Of a stretch of 64,000 nucleotides of DNA, positions 9,188 to 19,497 are shown piece after piece. The stretch is from a bacterium (GTDB taxonomy: Bacteria; Babelota; Babeliae; Babelales; UBA12409): assembly GCA_018660415.1 (NCBI GenBank), contig JABJKG010000013.1, positions 1,874-65,873 of the forward strand, read 5' to 3'. Position numbers and translations under genes: made by a program. Within the stretch, counting starts at the first letter, position 1. Every line of letters starts with the position of its first letter. The notes under the pieces are model-generated. The model was given only the letters and a program-made list of their open reading frames with translations. It was not told where the DNA came from and searched no databases.

Positions 9188-10207
9188 ATGCACAAACTAA
9201 TACTTGGAATCGAAACCTCATGTGATGAAACAGCTGCTAGCGTCTATTGCAGCGTTGACGGTGTTCTATCCAACCCACTCTTCTCCCAAATCGATATCCA
9301 AAAACAGTATGGTGGTGTCGTTCCCGAAGTAGCCTCACGTTCACATCTAGAAAAAATAACACCAATCGTGCAAAAAGCCCTTATAAAGGCCGGCAAGACT
9401 CTTAACGATATAGACGTCATTGCCGTCACAAGTCGTCCAGGGCTGCCTGGATCCTTGCTTGTTGGGGTATGTTTTGCAAAGGCATTAGCCTGGTCAGTAA
9501 AAAAACCCTTAATTGGGGTCAACCACCTTGAAGGTCATGTATTTTCCTCTTTTCTTCAAAATGATGTACCGTTTCCACACCTATGTTTAACAGCATCAGG
9601 GGGACACACAGCACTCTATCTTGTTAAAGGATTTGGTGATTATGAGGTTATTGGAAAAACACTGGATGATGCGGCCGGAGAAGCATTTGATAAAGTAGGT
9701 AAACTTGTAGGTCTTTCCTACCCAGCAGGGCCAACAATAGAGAAATTAGCTGCCAAGCAAGAGTTTAAAGATTTTTTTCAATACCCGCGCGGCCGGAAAG
9801 AAACATTAAACTTCAGCTTTTCTGGATTGAAGACTGCCGTGCTTTATGACCTGGTCGATCGAGGTGTACTCGACCTTAAGACTAAAAAAATTCTTGATAT
9901 CAACCCAACACTACAAGAACAAGTAGCCAGCTCACTCTTGGTGTGCATCAATGATGTCTTTATTAAAAAACTTAAGCTTGCTCTTAAGGCCTATCCTGAC
10001 GTCAAGGCTGTAACCTTTGTAGGCGGCGTTGCCTGTAATCAGTTTATTACAGACAACATCGCACAATTTTGCGAAAAACAAGATATGGAGTTTTTCAGTC
10101 CAACACCACGGTACTGTACCGATAACGCTGCCATGATCGCCTTTGTTGGCAACTATATGGCAAAACAACATAAGTTTTCCGATCTTACATTAGATATCTT
10201 CGAATAA
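9188..10207 (+). CDS. tsaD: tRNA N6-adenosine threonylcarbamoyltransferase TsaD
   Basis: ILGIETSCDETAASV, VASRSH and GVNHLEGH motifs of the Kae1/TsaD family. Confidence 0.92.
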   Translation: MHKLILGIETSCDETAASVYCSVDGVLSNPLFSQIDIQKQYGGVVPEVASRSHLEKITPIVQKALIKAGKTLNDIDVIAVTSRPGLPGSLLVGVCFAKALAWSVKKPLIGVNHLEGHVFSSFLQNDVPFPHLCLTASGGHTALYLVKGFGDYEVIGKTLDDAAGEAFDKVGKLVGLSYPAGPTIEKLAAKQEFKDFFQYPRGRKETLNFSFSGLKTAVLYDLVDRGVLDLKTKKILDINPTLQEQVASSLLVCINDVFIKKLKLALKAYPDVKAVTFVGGVACNQFITDNIAQFCEKQDMEFFSPTPRYCTDNAAMIAFVGNYMAKQHKFSDLTLDIFE

Positions 10208-10231
10208 TATTTTTTTCCACTTACCCTAAGG

Positions 10232-10906
10232 TTAGGACTTGCGTATAAACTGCCACCACTTTTTAGACGTTACGGGTTTTAATGCTGCTACAACATCGGT
10301 ATTTGTTGCCATGTCTAGTGCAACCCTGGAAACAGGTTCACCAACGCTTCTTGTTTCCAAGCTCGCATTTGGATTTTCTCCGTTGTTAAGTAACAACAAA
10401 ACCATAGAAAGATTATTGGTCAAAGCAGCCTCCATTAAAAAAGTCTTGTACCCGCTCTTCAAGTTGCTTTCTTGAACTCTCTTAAGCCGTGGCGCTTTTA
10501 ACAATTCCTCGACCCACTCTGTTTTATTCTCTTTTATTGCATACTTTATAGCCCGATAAACAGTTTCTTCCAGCCCACCCTTCTTTAGTGTGGATGCCAA
10601 ATAACTTGGAACCCAGCGGTCAAACTTATCGTCTATATGTCCTACAGAGTCCTTTCCCAAGCCTACCGCCTCCAAATAAATCGAAACTAATTGAGGGCTG
10701 TAACCTTTCTCCATAGCTAAAATAAGTGGATTAGGATCCAAGGGACTTTTTTCAGACTCTTTTGTTAAGTTTTCTAACTGCTGTTTTAGATCTTGTTGGC
10801 GCATCTGATGTATTTCTTTCAACCCCATATTTGACTCTGCTAAAATAGTCTCATTACAAAGCTGACTTCCCAATACAAACAACATTAATGCTAATATTTT
10901 CTTCAC
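10232..10906 (-). CDS. Hypothetical secreted protein with degenerate ankyrin-like repeats
   Basis: Signal peptide is present. FLMEAALTNNLSMVLLLLNNGENPNA resembles an ankyrin repeat. Otherwise unassigned. Confidence 0.45.
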   Translation of the reverse strand: MKKILALMLFVLGSQLCNETILAESNMGLKEIHQMRQQDLKQQLENLTKESEKSPLDPNPLILAMEKGYSPQLVSIYLEAVGLGKDSVGHIDDKFDRWVPSYLASTLKKGGLEETVYRAIKYAIKENKTEWVEELLKAPRLKRVQESNLKSGYKTFLMEAALTNNLSMVLLLLNNGENPNASLETRSVGEPVSRVALDMATNTDVVAALKPVTSKKWWQFIRKS

Positions 10907-11004
10907 GACTTTCCTCCAGTTTTTAATGATCCATTCATAATAAAACGTACCATTAAAACGAAGCCAGCTTCAACAATAACGCCAAAACATAACATATTGG
11001 TTTA

Positions 11005-11790
11005 TTAAACAGTATCGAGGTTGCGCTTAAGATTGCAAATTCCACGCCATCCAATAGCGATAGTAAATAAAATAAGGACTGGAACACAAATCCAGAAAGA
11101 AATGTACTCGGCTGGTCCAAACACAGCAGACCGTAAACCTTCAGTAGTATAAATATATGGATTTAGAAGATCAATATAAGCAAAATTAGGAGTCATCTTT
11201 TTTAAGGCAAACCAAGAAAACTCAAAGCCGCCCAAGAACCACAAGGGAAACAAAACGCGCATCCATAGATTAATAATCCCCTGAAGACCGGATACCTTAC
11301 TGGATAAGTAAAGACCAAAAAATCCATACGCAAGATTGAAAATCAAGAGGAATGGTACCAACCTAATTAAAGACATATGAGAAAGATCGACGCGACTCCA
11401 AAACAATAACTTGCCTACAGGAAGAACTATCGAAGATACCAGTAGTCCTGTTATGGCAAAATAGAGCGCACGTTGTACAAAGACTAAACCACTCGGCATT
11501 GGTAATAACAAGTCATAATTGATCTGTTCTCTATGCTCATTAATATCTTGTGCAAAAAACTCCATCCTAAACATGATCTCTAGGTTGGCGGCGCTAGAAA
11601 TAGCAGAAACCAATACCAATGAACCGTAGGTCTCTGAAATACCAAAGTAAGGTAAGATATAAATTTTTATAAAGACGGTTACGATTACCCAAATAACCAT
11701 ATTGATTAAAATATCACGCCATGATTTCTTGAGTGTTAACAAGTCACGCTTGAGCATTAATCCAATGATTTTCAAATAATTGAGCCACAT
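11005..11790 (-). CDS. ABC-2-type transporter permease (paralog 2)
   Basis: Six-helix 261-aa protein, clearly paralogous to 11813-12601. Lies downstream of an ABC ATPase. Confidence 0.7.
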   Translation of the reverse strand: MWLNYLKIIGLMLKRDLLTLKKSWRDILINMVIWVIVTVFIKIYILPYFGISETYGSLVLVSAISSAANLEIMFRMEFFAQDINEHREQINYDLLLPMPSGLVFVQRALYFAITGLLVSSIVLPVGKLLFWSRVDLSHMSLIRLVPFLLIFNLAYGFFGLYLSSKVSGLQGIINLWMRVLFPLWFLGGFEFSWFALKKMTPNFAYIDLLNPYIYTTEGLRSAVFGPAEYISFWICVPVLILFTIAIGWRGICNLKRNLDTV

Positions 11791-11812
11791 ATTTTTCCAA
11801 ATGTTTTATTGA

Positions 11813-12601
11813 TTAAACCGCATCTAATTTACGTGTAAGATTAACCAGTGCACGCCAGCCAATAAAAAGAGTAAATAAAACAAGAACGCAAAAGCTAATC
11901 CAAAATGGAATGTATTCAGCTGGTCCAAATACCGCAGACCGTAAACCTTCAGTAGCATAAATATATGGATTACACAAATCAAGATAAGCAAAGTTTGGTG
12001 CCATATCCTTTAAGGCATACCAAGAAAATTCAAAACCACCCAAGAACCACAACGGGAATATGACACGCATCCATAACTTAACAATCGCATGCAACCCAGA
12101 AATTTTACTTGCTAAATAAACAGCAAAATAACTTAAAAAAACATTAGTTAAGATTAGTATAGGAATAAATTTAAACCACGATACTGATCCTAAATTAATA
12201 TGATTCCAAAACAAAAGCTTGCCAACTGGAAGTACTAACATAGAAACTACAAACCCAGCGATAGATAAAAACAACGCTCTTTCTACAAACACCAATTTCG
12301 AAGGTATTGGCAATAAAAGATCATAGTTAATATCTTGACGCTCAGTTGTAATATCATTAGCAAACATCATCATTCGGTGCATGATATCCATGTTCGCAAC
12401 ACTGGCGATTGCACCAATTAAAACAAATGAACCATACGTGTTAGAAACACCAAAGTATGGCAATACATACATTTTGATCCCTACAGTAATGATAACCCAT
12501 GAAAAAACATTAATAAGGTTTCCCCAGAATGACTTTCTAATCCCAAGCAAGTCACGCTGAAGCATGACGCTTATAATTCGAACATATCCCATATTAAACA
12601 T
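11813..12601 (-). CDS. ABC-2-type transporter permease (paralog 1)
   Basis: 262 aa. Shares long blocks with the neighbour (LWMRV.FPLWFLGGFEFSW, GLRSAVFGPAEYI). Confidence 0.7.
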   Translation of the reverse strand: MFNMGYVRIISVMLQRDLLGIRKSFWGNLINVFSWVIITVGIKMYVLPYFGVSNTYGSFVLIGAIASVANMDIMHRMMMFANDITTERQDINYDLLLPIPSKLVFVERALFLSIAGFVVSMLVLPVGKLLFWNHINLGSVSWFKFIPILILTNVFLSYFAVYLASKISGLHAIVKLWMRVIFPLWFLGGFEFSWYALKDMAPNFAYLDLCNPYIYATEGLRSAVFGPAEYIPFWISFCVLVLFTLFIGWRALVNLTRKLDAV

Positions 12602-12610
12602 AATAATTCC

Positions 12611-13354
12611 TTATTCTTCTTCAAATAATTTTATAAAGACATCTTCTAGTGATTTATTATCATGTTTTTTCTTGAGTCCTTCAGGCGTATCCATGAATAA
12701 AAATTTACCTTTATCAAGAAAACAAATGCGATCAGCCAAAACTTCGGCCTCATCAAGATAGTGAGTCGTGAGAATAATCGTTATCCCCTGCTCTTTTAGC
12801 ATCTGGATACACTTCCAAACTTGGCGACGGATGTGGGGATCTAATCCCACTGTAGGCTCATCAAGGATGACAAACTTTGGATTATGCATAAGCGTACGCG
12901 CTAATGCAAATCGACGTAAGTAACCACCAGACAATATCTTAGATGAAGACTCCAGATACTTTCCGAGCGTAAACATCTCTACAAGTTGATCAATTTTTCC
13001 TTGGATTTCTTTATCACTTAAACCATAAAAAAGACCATCAAACTCTAGGTTTTGCTTGAGAGTAAAATTAGGATTAAGGTTAGGATGCTGTGGGCAGTAG
13101 CCCAACAGTTTTCGATAACCGACAATGTCATCATAGATAGAAACACCATCCATGAGCACCTCACCCGATGTTGGAGGATTCAGTGTTGCCAAAATATTGG
13201 ACAACGTAGTCTTTCCTGCACCATTAGGACCTAATAACCCAAGGATTTCACCCTTAGTTATATCTAATGAAACATCAGAAAGTGCATGAATTGTCTCTTT
13301 TTTGCCTTTAAAACTTTTTGAGATATTTTTTATTTGTAGCAGAATATCGGACAT
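12611..13354 (-). CDS. ABC transporter ATP-binding protein
   Basis: Walker A GPNGAGKTT, signature LSGGYLRR, Walker B ILDEPTVGLD. Confidence 0.9.
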   Translation of the reverse strand: MSDILLQIKNISKSFKGKKETIHALSDVSLDITKGEILGLLGPNGAGKTTLSNILATLNPPTSGEVLMDGVSIYDDIVGYRKLLGYCPQHPNLNPNFTLKQNLEFDGLFYGLSDKEIQGKIDQLVEMFTLGKYLESSSKILSGGYLRRFALARTLMHNPKFVILDEPTVGLDPHIRRQVWKCIQMLKEQGITIILTTHYLDEAEVLADRICFLDKGKFLFMDTPEGLKKKHDNKSLEDVFIKLFEEE

Positions 13355-13505
13355 TAAAATCTCCTAAAAACTATAAACTTTTATAAAACGGACTTTGGAA
13401 CTTGATAGACTCTATAGTTAGGAAACTCGCATGTCATAACCCCTTAAACGTAAATCATCTAAACATTAGATAGAATAAGGTGTTTTTAGGGGGCTGTCAA
13501 TCAAC

Positions 13506-15083
13506 CTAATGGTTTCCATTACCATTGTTTTTAGACCCATTGCCGCTACCAGAAACTTTTTTGTTAATTGATTCTAAAAACTCTTCATTGGTTTTATTTT
13601 TCTTCATCTTATCGATCAAAAACTCCATACCTTCAATAGTGTTCATAGTAGATAGGAATTTTTGTAAAACCCAAAGATGTTTCAATTCAGCTTCTTCATG
13701 TAATAAGTCATCACGACGTGTTCCAGAAATAAGAAGATCAAATGCTGGATAAATACGACGGTTAGAAAGCTTACGGCTCATATGGAGTTCCATGTTACCC
13801 GTACCTTTAAACTCTTCGTAGATAACTTCATCCATACGTGAACCAGTTTCAATTAAAGCTGTTCCAATAATAGTAAGCGATCCGCCCTCTTCTACTTTTC
13901 TTGCCGCACCAAAGAATCTTTTAGGTCGCTGCAATGCGTTCGCGTCAATACCACCGGTCAAGACCTTACCGGAAGCAGGCGCTGTAGTATTATACGCTCG
14001 AGCAAGTCGAGTAATCGAATCAAGTAAAACAACAACATCTTTTCCTGACTCAACAAGTCGTTTCGCTTTTTCAATAACGATTTCAGCAACTTGAACATGA
14101 CGCTGTGCTGATTCATCAAACGTTGAGCTCATGACTTCTGCATGTGGACCCTTAATATCACGTCTTAATTCTGCAACTTCTTCAGGACGCTCATCAACCA
14201 ACAATACCATCAAGTAAATCTCAGGATGGTTGGCTACCAATGATTGTGCGATTTCTTTTAAAAGAACTGTTTTACCAGCCTTTGGAGGAGCAACAATCAA
14301 GCCACGCTGCCCTTTACCAATAGGAGTAAAGATATCCATAATCCTACCGGCAACATGGTCAGGGGATGTTTCTAAAGTAAATTTTTCATACGGGTGCGTT
14401 GGGGACAATCTATCAAAATGCAATCGCTCATTGCTTGCCATAGGATCGCCACCATTTACAGAGGAAACCTTTAACAGAGCAAAGTACTTTTCACCTTCTT
14501 TTGGTTTGCGAATAACACCAGCAAGCGAATCACCGGTACGTAAATTAAATCGACGAATCTGGGATGGTGATACATAAACATCATCCGGACCAGCGACATA
14601 GTCATAAGTTTGTGAACGTAAGAACCCAAACCCATCAGGAAGTTTCTCTAAAACACCCTCGACTTCAATCTCCATTTCAGGATTTTTTTGTATAAATTTA
14701 ATTTTTTCGATCAAATCTTCTTTTTTGAGTAAACCAGTTCCAATCACCCCAAAACGCCGTCCATATTGACATAAGTCCTGATAGGTCATTTCTTCTAAGT
14801 TGCGCGGTGCTGTTTCTTTAGCAGGACGCGTATCACGATATTTTTGATTATTAGCTCGTCTTTGAGGTTGACCCTGTGTAGAACCTCTTTGAGCTGGAGC
14901 AGCTTTTACAGGAGCAGTTGAAGCCGGCTTAGGCCTTACCTGCTTATGCTTTACTTCTCTTTTTGGTCTCGGCTCTTGAGTCGGTGCCTTAGGTTTTTTT
15001 TCTTTAACCTCTTGAGGTTTAACCGGTTCTTTCAGAGTAAGTTCTTTTGTGGTTTCACTAAGAATTTTCTTATTTTCTTTCAT
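13506..15083 (-). CDS. rho: Transcription termination factor Rho with a ~100-aa basic N-terminal extension
   Basis: Rho core motifs [17 protein letters not shown] and RLARAYN. The ATG at 15083 has GGAG 6 nt upstream; the track start at 15095 is TTG. Confidence 0.9.
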   Translation of the reverse strand: MKENKKILSETTKELTLKEPVKPQEVKEKKPKAPTQEPRPKREVKHKQVRPKPASTAPVKAAPAQRGSTQGQPQRRANNQKYRDTRPAKETAPRNLEEMTYQDLCQYGRRFGVIGTGLLKKEDLIEKIKFIQKNPEMEIEVEGVLEKLPDGFGFLRSQTYDYVAGPDDVYVSPSQIRRFNLRTGDSLAGVIRKPKEGEKYFALLKVSSVNGGDPMASNERLHFDRLSPTHPYEKFTLETSPDHVAGRIMDIFTPIGKGQRGLIVAPPKAGKTVLLKEIAQSLVANHPEIYLMVLLVDERPEEVAELRRDIKGPHAEVMSSTFDESAQRHVQVAEIVIEKAKRLVESGKDVVVLLDSITRLARAYNTTAPASGKVLTGGIDANALQRPKRFFGAARKVEEGGSLTIIGTALIETGSRMDEVIYEEFKGTGNMELHMSRKLSNRRIYPAFDLLISGTRRDDLLHEEAELKHLWVLQKFLSTMNTIEGMEFLIDKMKKNKTNEEFLESINKKVSGSGNGSKNNGNGNH

Positions 15084-15302
15084 GTAATTCTCCAATCTAT
15101 AGCAATAGTTAGTATTGCTACTATTCCATTACAAAAATTAATAATAATTTATAAAATTTATTAGTTTTTTATCTAATTTCAACGCTCAAACACAACAAAT
15201 ACAATTGTTTTTCTTGAGTGCTTGAACTGAACTCTTCAACAATGAGCCCAACAGAAAGAACTAAAAACGTGGCGTACAATACTTTTAAACAAACTTATTA
15301 AT

Positions 15303-16196
15303 TTATGCTTCTTTATTTTTATAAAACATAAGCATAATAGGGCTTGCAATACAAATGGAAGAATAGGTCCCAAAAATGATCCCCAATAACAACGCAATTG
15401 AAAGACCTCGAAGCGCCTCTCCGCCCAGAACTATCAACGAAATAACTACTAATGCTGTAGATACACTGGTTAAAATCGTTCTTTTTAAAGTTTGATTGAT
15501 ACTTAAGTTAACCACATCAGCTATTGGCATCGAACCTGATGTACGTAAATTTTCCCGTATTCGTGCAAAAATAACAATCGTATCGTTGATCGAATAACCG
15601 AGAGTCATCAATACCGCCCCTACAACGTCAACCGAAATTTCTCGATTGAACAAGAGGAAGAACGCACCAATAACAAACGCATCATGAGCTAATGCTACAA
15701 CCGCACCAATCGAATAGGCAAACCTAAATCGTAGAGCAATATAAATAAGCATTAAGAGTAGCGCTAGTAAAATCGCCCAGATGGACTTTTGTGCCAAATC
15801 AGCACCAACACCTTCACCAACACTGTCTACCTTAAGTATTTCAACATTCTGTTGTCCAAGACCCCGTTCTAATTGCGATCGAATAGAACCTCCAAGTCCC
15901 TGAAGATCACTAGAGAAGTCTCGAACTCTTACTGTGTAATCATGCGAAGAAAATTCTCGCACTACTACACCATCCCATTTTTCTTTTTGCAAAACATCTT
16001 TAATTGCCTGAAGCTTCACCGGCTTGTCAAACCTGAAGATAATCTCTGTGCCCCCAGTAAAATCAACACTATAGTTGAAACCACCTCGGTAAAAAAATGC
16101 ACAAACAAAGACTACTATTACAGTTAAGTAAAAACCATAACTCAAACCACGATACCTGAGAACGTCAAACATACCTCTCTCCACGCTGTACCTCAT
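15303..16196 (-). CDS. secF: Protein translocase subunit SecF
   Basis: GLSYGFY...FNYSVDFTGGT at the N-terminus and a six-helix C-terminal half typical of SecF. Confidence 0.85.
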   Translation of the reverse strand: MRYSVERGMFDVLRYRGLSYGFYLTVIVVFVCAFFYRGGFNYSVDFTGGTEIIFRFDKPVKLQAIKDVLQKEKWDGVVVREFSSHDYTVRVRDFSSDLQGLGGSIRSQLERGLGQQNVEILKVDSVGEGVGADLAQKSIWAILLALLLMLIYIALRFRFAYSIGAVVALAHDAFVIGAFFLLFNREISVDVVGAVLMTLGYSINDTIVIFARIRENLRTSGSMPIADVVNLSINQTLKRTILTSVSTALVVISLIVLGGEALRGLSIALLLGIIFGTYSSICIASPIMLMFYKNKEA

Positions 16197-16275
16197 TTAA
16201 TAAAAAATGTTCCGAAAAATTTAATAGATTTTCATCTTAGATTTACACCAAGCTTGAACACCTGGCAAGCTCTTT

Positions 16276-16536
16276 TTACTCTTCAGTAGCTAAAACTGAA
16301 ACGTATTTACGCCCTTTAGGGCCATAATGAAATTTAATTTTACCTGAAGTTTTAACATAGAGGGTATCATCCTTGCCCCTGCCAACACCTTGGCCGGCAT
16401 GTATGCGTGTTCCTCGTTGACGAACAATAATTTCTCCGCCACCAACTTGATGACCGTCAAATATTTTCACACCTAGTCGCTTACTTTGACTCTCACGACC
16501 GTTGGTAGTCGACCCACCAGATCTACTAGTTGACAT
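16276..16536 (-). CDS. rpmA: 50S ribosomal protein L27
   Basis: [18 protein letters not shown]...[20 protein letters not shown] is the L27 signature. Confidence 0.95.
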   Translation of the reverse strand: MSTSRSGGSTTNGRESQSKRLGVKIFDGHQVGGGEIIVRQRGTRIHAGQGVGRGKDDTLYVKTSGKIKFHYGPKGRKYVSVLATEE

Positions 16537-16665
16537 ACCGTATATCCTCTAATTATATTTTTTGTTTTTGTCAGACTTGAAACAAGGAATTTAAGATCCT
16601 ATTTAGATACCAGTATGCTAGATTGATTATTTTTGTCAAATAAACCTCTGGTTTTCAGGCCTAAA

Positions 16666-18426
16666 CTAGGCCCCCGCAAGCTGTTCTTGCTCTGAAATCC
16701 ATTGTGCCTCTAGGTTGTCGATTAGGTCTTCTAACTCTTTGTATCGACGCTTTTTCTCAACACTAAAGGCATTAGCAGAATCTGCAAACTCAACTTCAAG
16801 CTGTTTCTTCTCTTTTTCCGCCTTTTTAAGCTCTTTTTCAATGTTTCGTAATCCAGCCCGAACTTTTTTACGATCAATTGCCGCTGGTTTTGGCTTGTTG
16901 AGCTCTTTTTCAACCTGTGCCTGCTGCAACAAGTCCTGCTCTATCTTCTCCGAAAGGAAGTATACGTACTCCTCATAATTACCAGAATACCGCTTAACGT
17001 AGCCATTTTTCACTTCTACAATCTCAGATGCAACCATATTCACAAACGTACGGTCGTGACTAATAAAAAACAATGTTCCATTGAATCGCTGTAATGCATC
17101 AGCCAGTGCTTCAACTGTCTCAAAATCTAGGTGGTTGGTCGGCTCATCAAGGAGTAATACCTGATGCTTAGTCAAAAGTATCCCTGCAAGACACAGTCGT
17201 GCTCGCTCACCACCACTCAGGGTTTTAACGCGCTTGTTAACATCATCACCTGAAAAAAGGAAACTTCCAGCCATATCCAAGACCTCTTGGTCTCTAATCG
17301 AATCAGCAGCTACATTCCTTAGGTAGGTATATACATCAAATTCTGGGTTAATACTTTGGTATACATGCTGAGCATAATAACCAATACTCAATTGATGTCC
17401 CCACTGAAATTCGCCGGCCTTAACCTGTAGATCATTGGCCAGGGTACGTAAAAACGTGGTCTTTCCTTGCCCGTTATCACCCAGGATAGCTACATGAGCG
17501 CCACTGGGAATAAAGAAGGATATTTTTCTAGCAATAACCTTGTCCGGATATCCAACCGCAAGATCTTTACACTCAAGCGCTGAGCCACGCTGTTTTTGAA
17601 TCTCTGGAAGCCTGATATTAACTGATCTTTCAGACTTAACCACTTCAAGACTTTCAAGCCTCTTGATCTGCTTGACCTTAGATTGCGCCTGGCGCGCCTT
17701 AGAGGTCTTTGCACTAAACCTATCAATAAACTGCTGTAACTGCTTTTGCTTAGCCATAACATTTTTATTGTGGCTATCCACGTGTCGCTGTTTTTCGTCC
17801 TTGTATTCCATATACGCATCGATCGGTCCTGGAAAGAAGCTCAGCTTGTTCTGAACCACATCAAGCGTCTGATCACAAGTCTTTTTCAAAAACTCACGAT
17901 CGTGAGAAACAATGATAAAACCACCTTTATAGTCGGTTTTTAAAAAATTTTCAATTAATATGAGCGTTGTAAGATCTAAATAGTTGGTCGGCTCATCAAG
18001 AATAAGAAAGTTGGGCTCTCGCAACAACATAGCCGCAAACTTGATCCGCGTCTGATATCCCCCAGACAGCTCTCCAATCTGCATTTTAAGCTGTTCATCA
18101 GTAATTTGAAACTGATGAGCAACCTTACAGCACTTCCATTCTGGCTGCTCGGTATACCGCATAAGAAACTGAACCACTACCTCGTCATGCTCAAATGGAT
18201 CATGCTGCTCTAAATAACTCAGACGAAGGTCACTACTTTTGAGAATAGTACCACAGTCAGGCTCTTCCTGATCAATGATCATCCTACATAATGTAGACTT
18301 TCCTGCCCCATTACGCCCCACAAGGCCAATTTTTTGCCCTTCAAGAATGTGTAATGATGCATTATCGAAAATAGTTTGTGATTGATACTTCTTGCTCAGA
18401 TTATCAATTTGAATGATTGTTTTCAT
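16666..18426 (-). CDS. ABC-F family ATPase (two ABC domains, coiled-coil C-terminus)
   Basis: Two Walker A sites (GRNGAGKST, GDNGQGKTT) and two signatures (LSGGYQTR, LSGGERAR). No transmembrane domain. Confidence 0.9.
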   Translation of the reverse strand: MKTIIQIDNLSKKYQSQTIFDNASLHILEGQKIGLVGRNGAGKSTLCRMIIDQEEPDCGTILKSSDLRLSYLEQHDPFEHDEVVVQFLMRYTEQPEWKCCKVAHQFQITDEQLKMQIGELSGGYQTRIKFAAMLLREPNFLILDEPTNYLDLTTLILIENFLKTDYKGGFIIVSHDREFLKKTCDQTLDVVQNKLSFFPGPIDAYMEYKDEKQRHVDSHNKNVMAKQKQLQQFIDRFSAKTSKARQAQSKVKQIKRLESLEVVKSERSVNIRLPEIQKQRGSALECKDLAVGYPDKVIARKISFFIPSGAHVAILGDNGQGKTTFLRTLANDLQVKAGEFQWGHQLSIGYYAQHVYQSINPEFDVYTYLRNVAADSIRDQEVLDMAGSFLFSGDDVNKRVKTLSGGERARLCLAGILLTKHQVLLLDEPTNHLDFETVEALADALQRFNGTLFFISHDRTFVNMVASEIVEVKNGYVKRYSGNYEEYVYFLSEKIEQDLLQQAQVEKELNKPKPAAIDRKKVRAGLRNIEKELKKAEKEKKQLEVEFADSANAFSVEKKRRYKELEDLIDNLEAQWISEQEQLAGA

Positions 18427-18716
18427 ATTATTAAGGATAAATTATGAGACCAAAACCGTCAAATGGCTTCAATTCAACAAAACCCGCCTATTTAATCTCA
18501 AAATTTAACACTTTTGTCGGTTTTATGCGTTTTACCAACCCAAAGCACAAACCATGCCTGTAGCCCCTCCTAGGCCACACATTGATACCAAATCAATAAC
18601 CAACTTACCCCTCCCACACCATAGGATTGACATATATGGCAAACAAAGCCTTTATTTCCTATTTGGAATTATGCAATACTAGTACTAAGATTGATGATTA
18701 TGTAACAAAAAGGAAA

Positions 18717-18836
18717 ATGGTTATGAAAAAGTTTATTGTATTAAGTTTGATAGTTGGGTTAGGAATAGCCCATACTGGTCTGAATGCTAACTTCTTGGAC
18801 GATATGAGACGGTTCCACAGAGAACTCAAGATTTAA
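18717..18836 (+). CDS. Short signal-peptide ORF, possibly the detached 5' end of the next ORF
   Basis: MVMKKFIVLSLIVGLGIAHTGLNA... then a stop at 18834-18836. The frame of the following ORF is already open from 18791. Confidence 0.3.
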   Translation: MVMKKFIVLSLIVGLGIAHTGLNANFLDDMRRFHRELKI

Positions 18837-18925
18837 GAGATCTTGGACTTGGTGCTGCTAAACTGGGAGCAAGTGCAATAGAGCACACCCCAGAGGCATT
18901 AGATAAAGTAGCCCAGGGAGCTCAG

Positions 18926-19495
18926 TTGTTGGATGAAAGCTCTCAAAAGCTATATTCACAAGCAGGAAGACTTGAAAGAAAACTTGAACGAGAAAAATCA
19001 TCATTTTCTTCATCGCAAGCATCCCAGCTCGAGATACAGAACAACCAATGGGAACCAGATAAAGCATATAGGGCAGCACAATCAATCACAAGAAAACACC
19101 ATGAAGCTCTTGGAGCTATAGAACGTACAAAAGATGCGTGCCTGAATAAACTTCTTAAAACAAACTTCAATAAGAGCATCAGTGTGAAGTTTCAGTATGC
19201 CTATAAGCCTCAATTTTCAGCCAGCGGCAAAAAGCCTTGGACCGAGTTAAGTGATGATGCAGCTTGGGTACATATTCACGCCAAACTAATAAAAGAACAA
19301 GGTAAAAGACAAAAAAGTAGTGTTAAAAGGAAAATAGCACTTATACAGTCCATCCTAAGCGACAAAGCTGCGTGTATAAAAACGAGCGAAGCTGATACTG
19401 CACACGAAAACATTGTGTTTGATGAGGAAATGAAAAACCTTAAAAAGCGAACACTGCGGCTTGAAAGAAAAAAAGCAACACTGCTAGGGCAATAA
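18926..19495 (+). CDS. Hypothetical charged/coiled-coil protein
   Basis: No ATG until near the end of the ORF. The TTG at 18926 is preceded by GGGAG. No recognisable domain. Confidence 0.45.
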   Translation: MLDESSQKLYSQAGRLERKLEREKSSFSSSQASQLEIQNNQWEPDKAYRAAQSITRKHHEALGAIERTKDACLNKLLKTNFNKSISVKFQYAYKPQFSASGKKPWTELSDDAAWVHIHAKLIKEQGKRQKSSVKRKIALIQSILSDKAACIKTSEADTAHENIVFDEEMKNLKKRTLRLERKKATLLGQ

Positions 19496-19497
19496 GC

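Noticed and set aside
15303-16536. secF without an adjacent secD, and rpmA without an adjacent rplU
   Set aside because: Partner genes can be encoded elsewhere. Absence cannot be judged from a 64-kb window.
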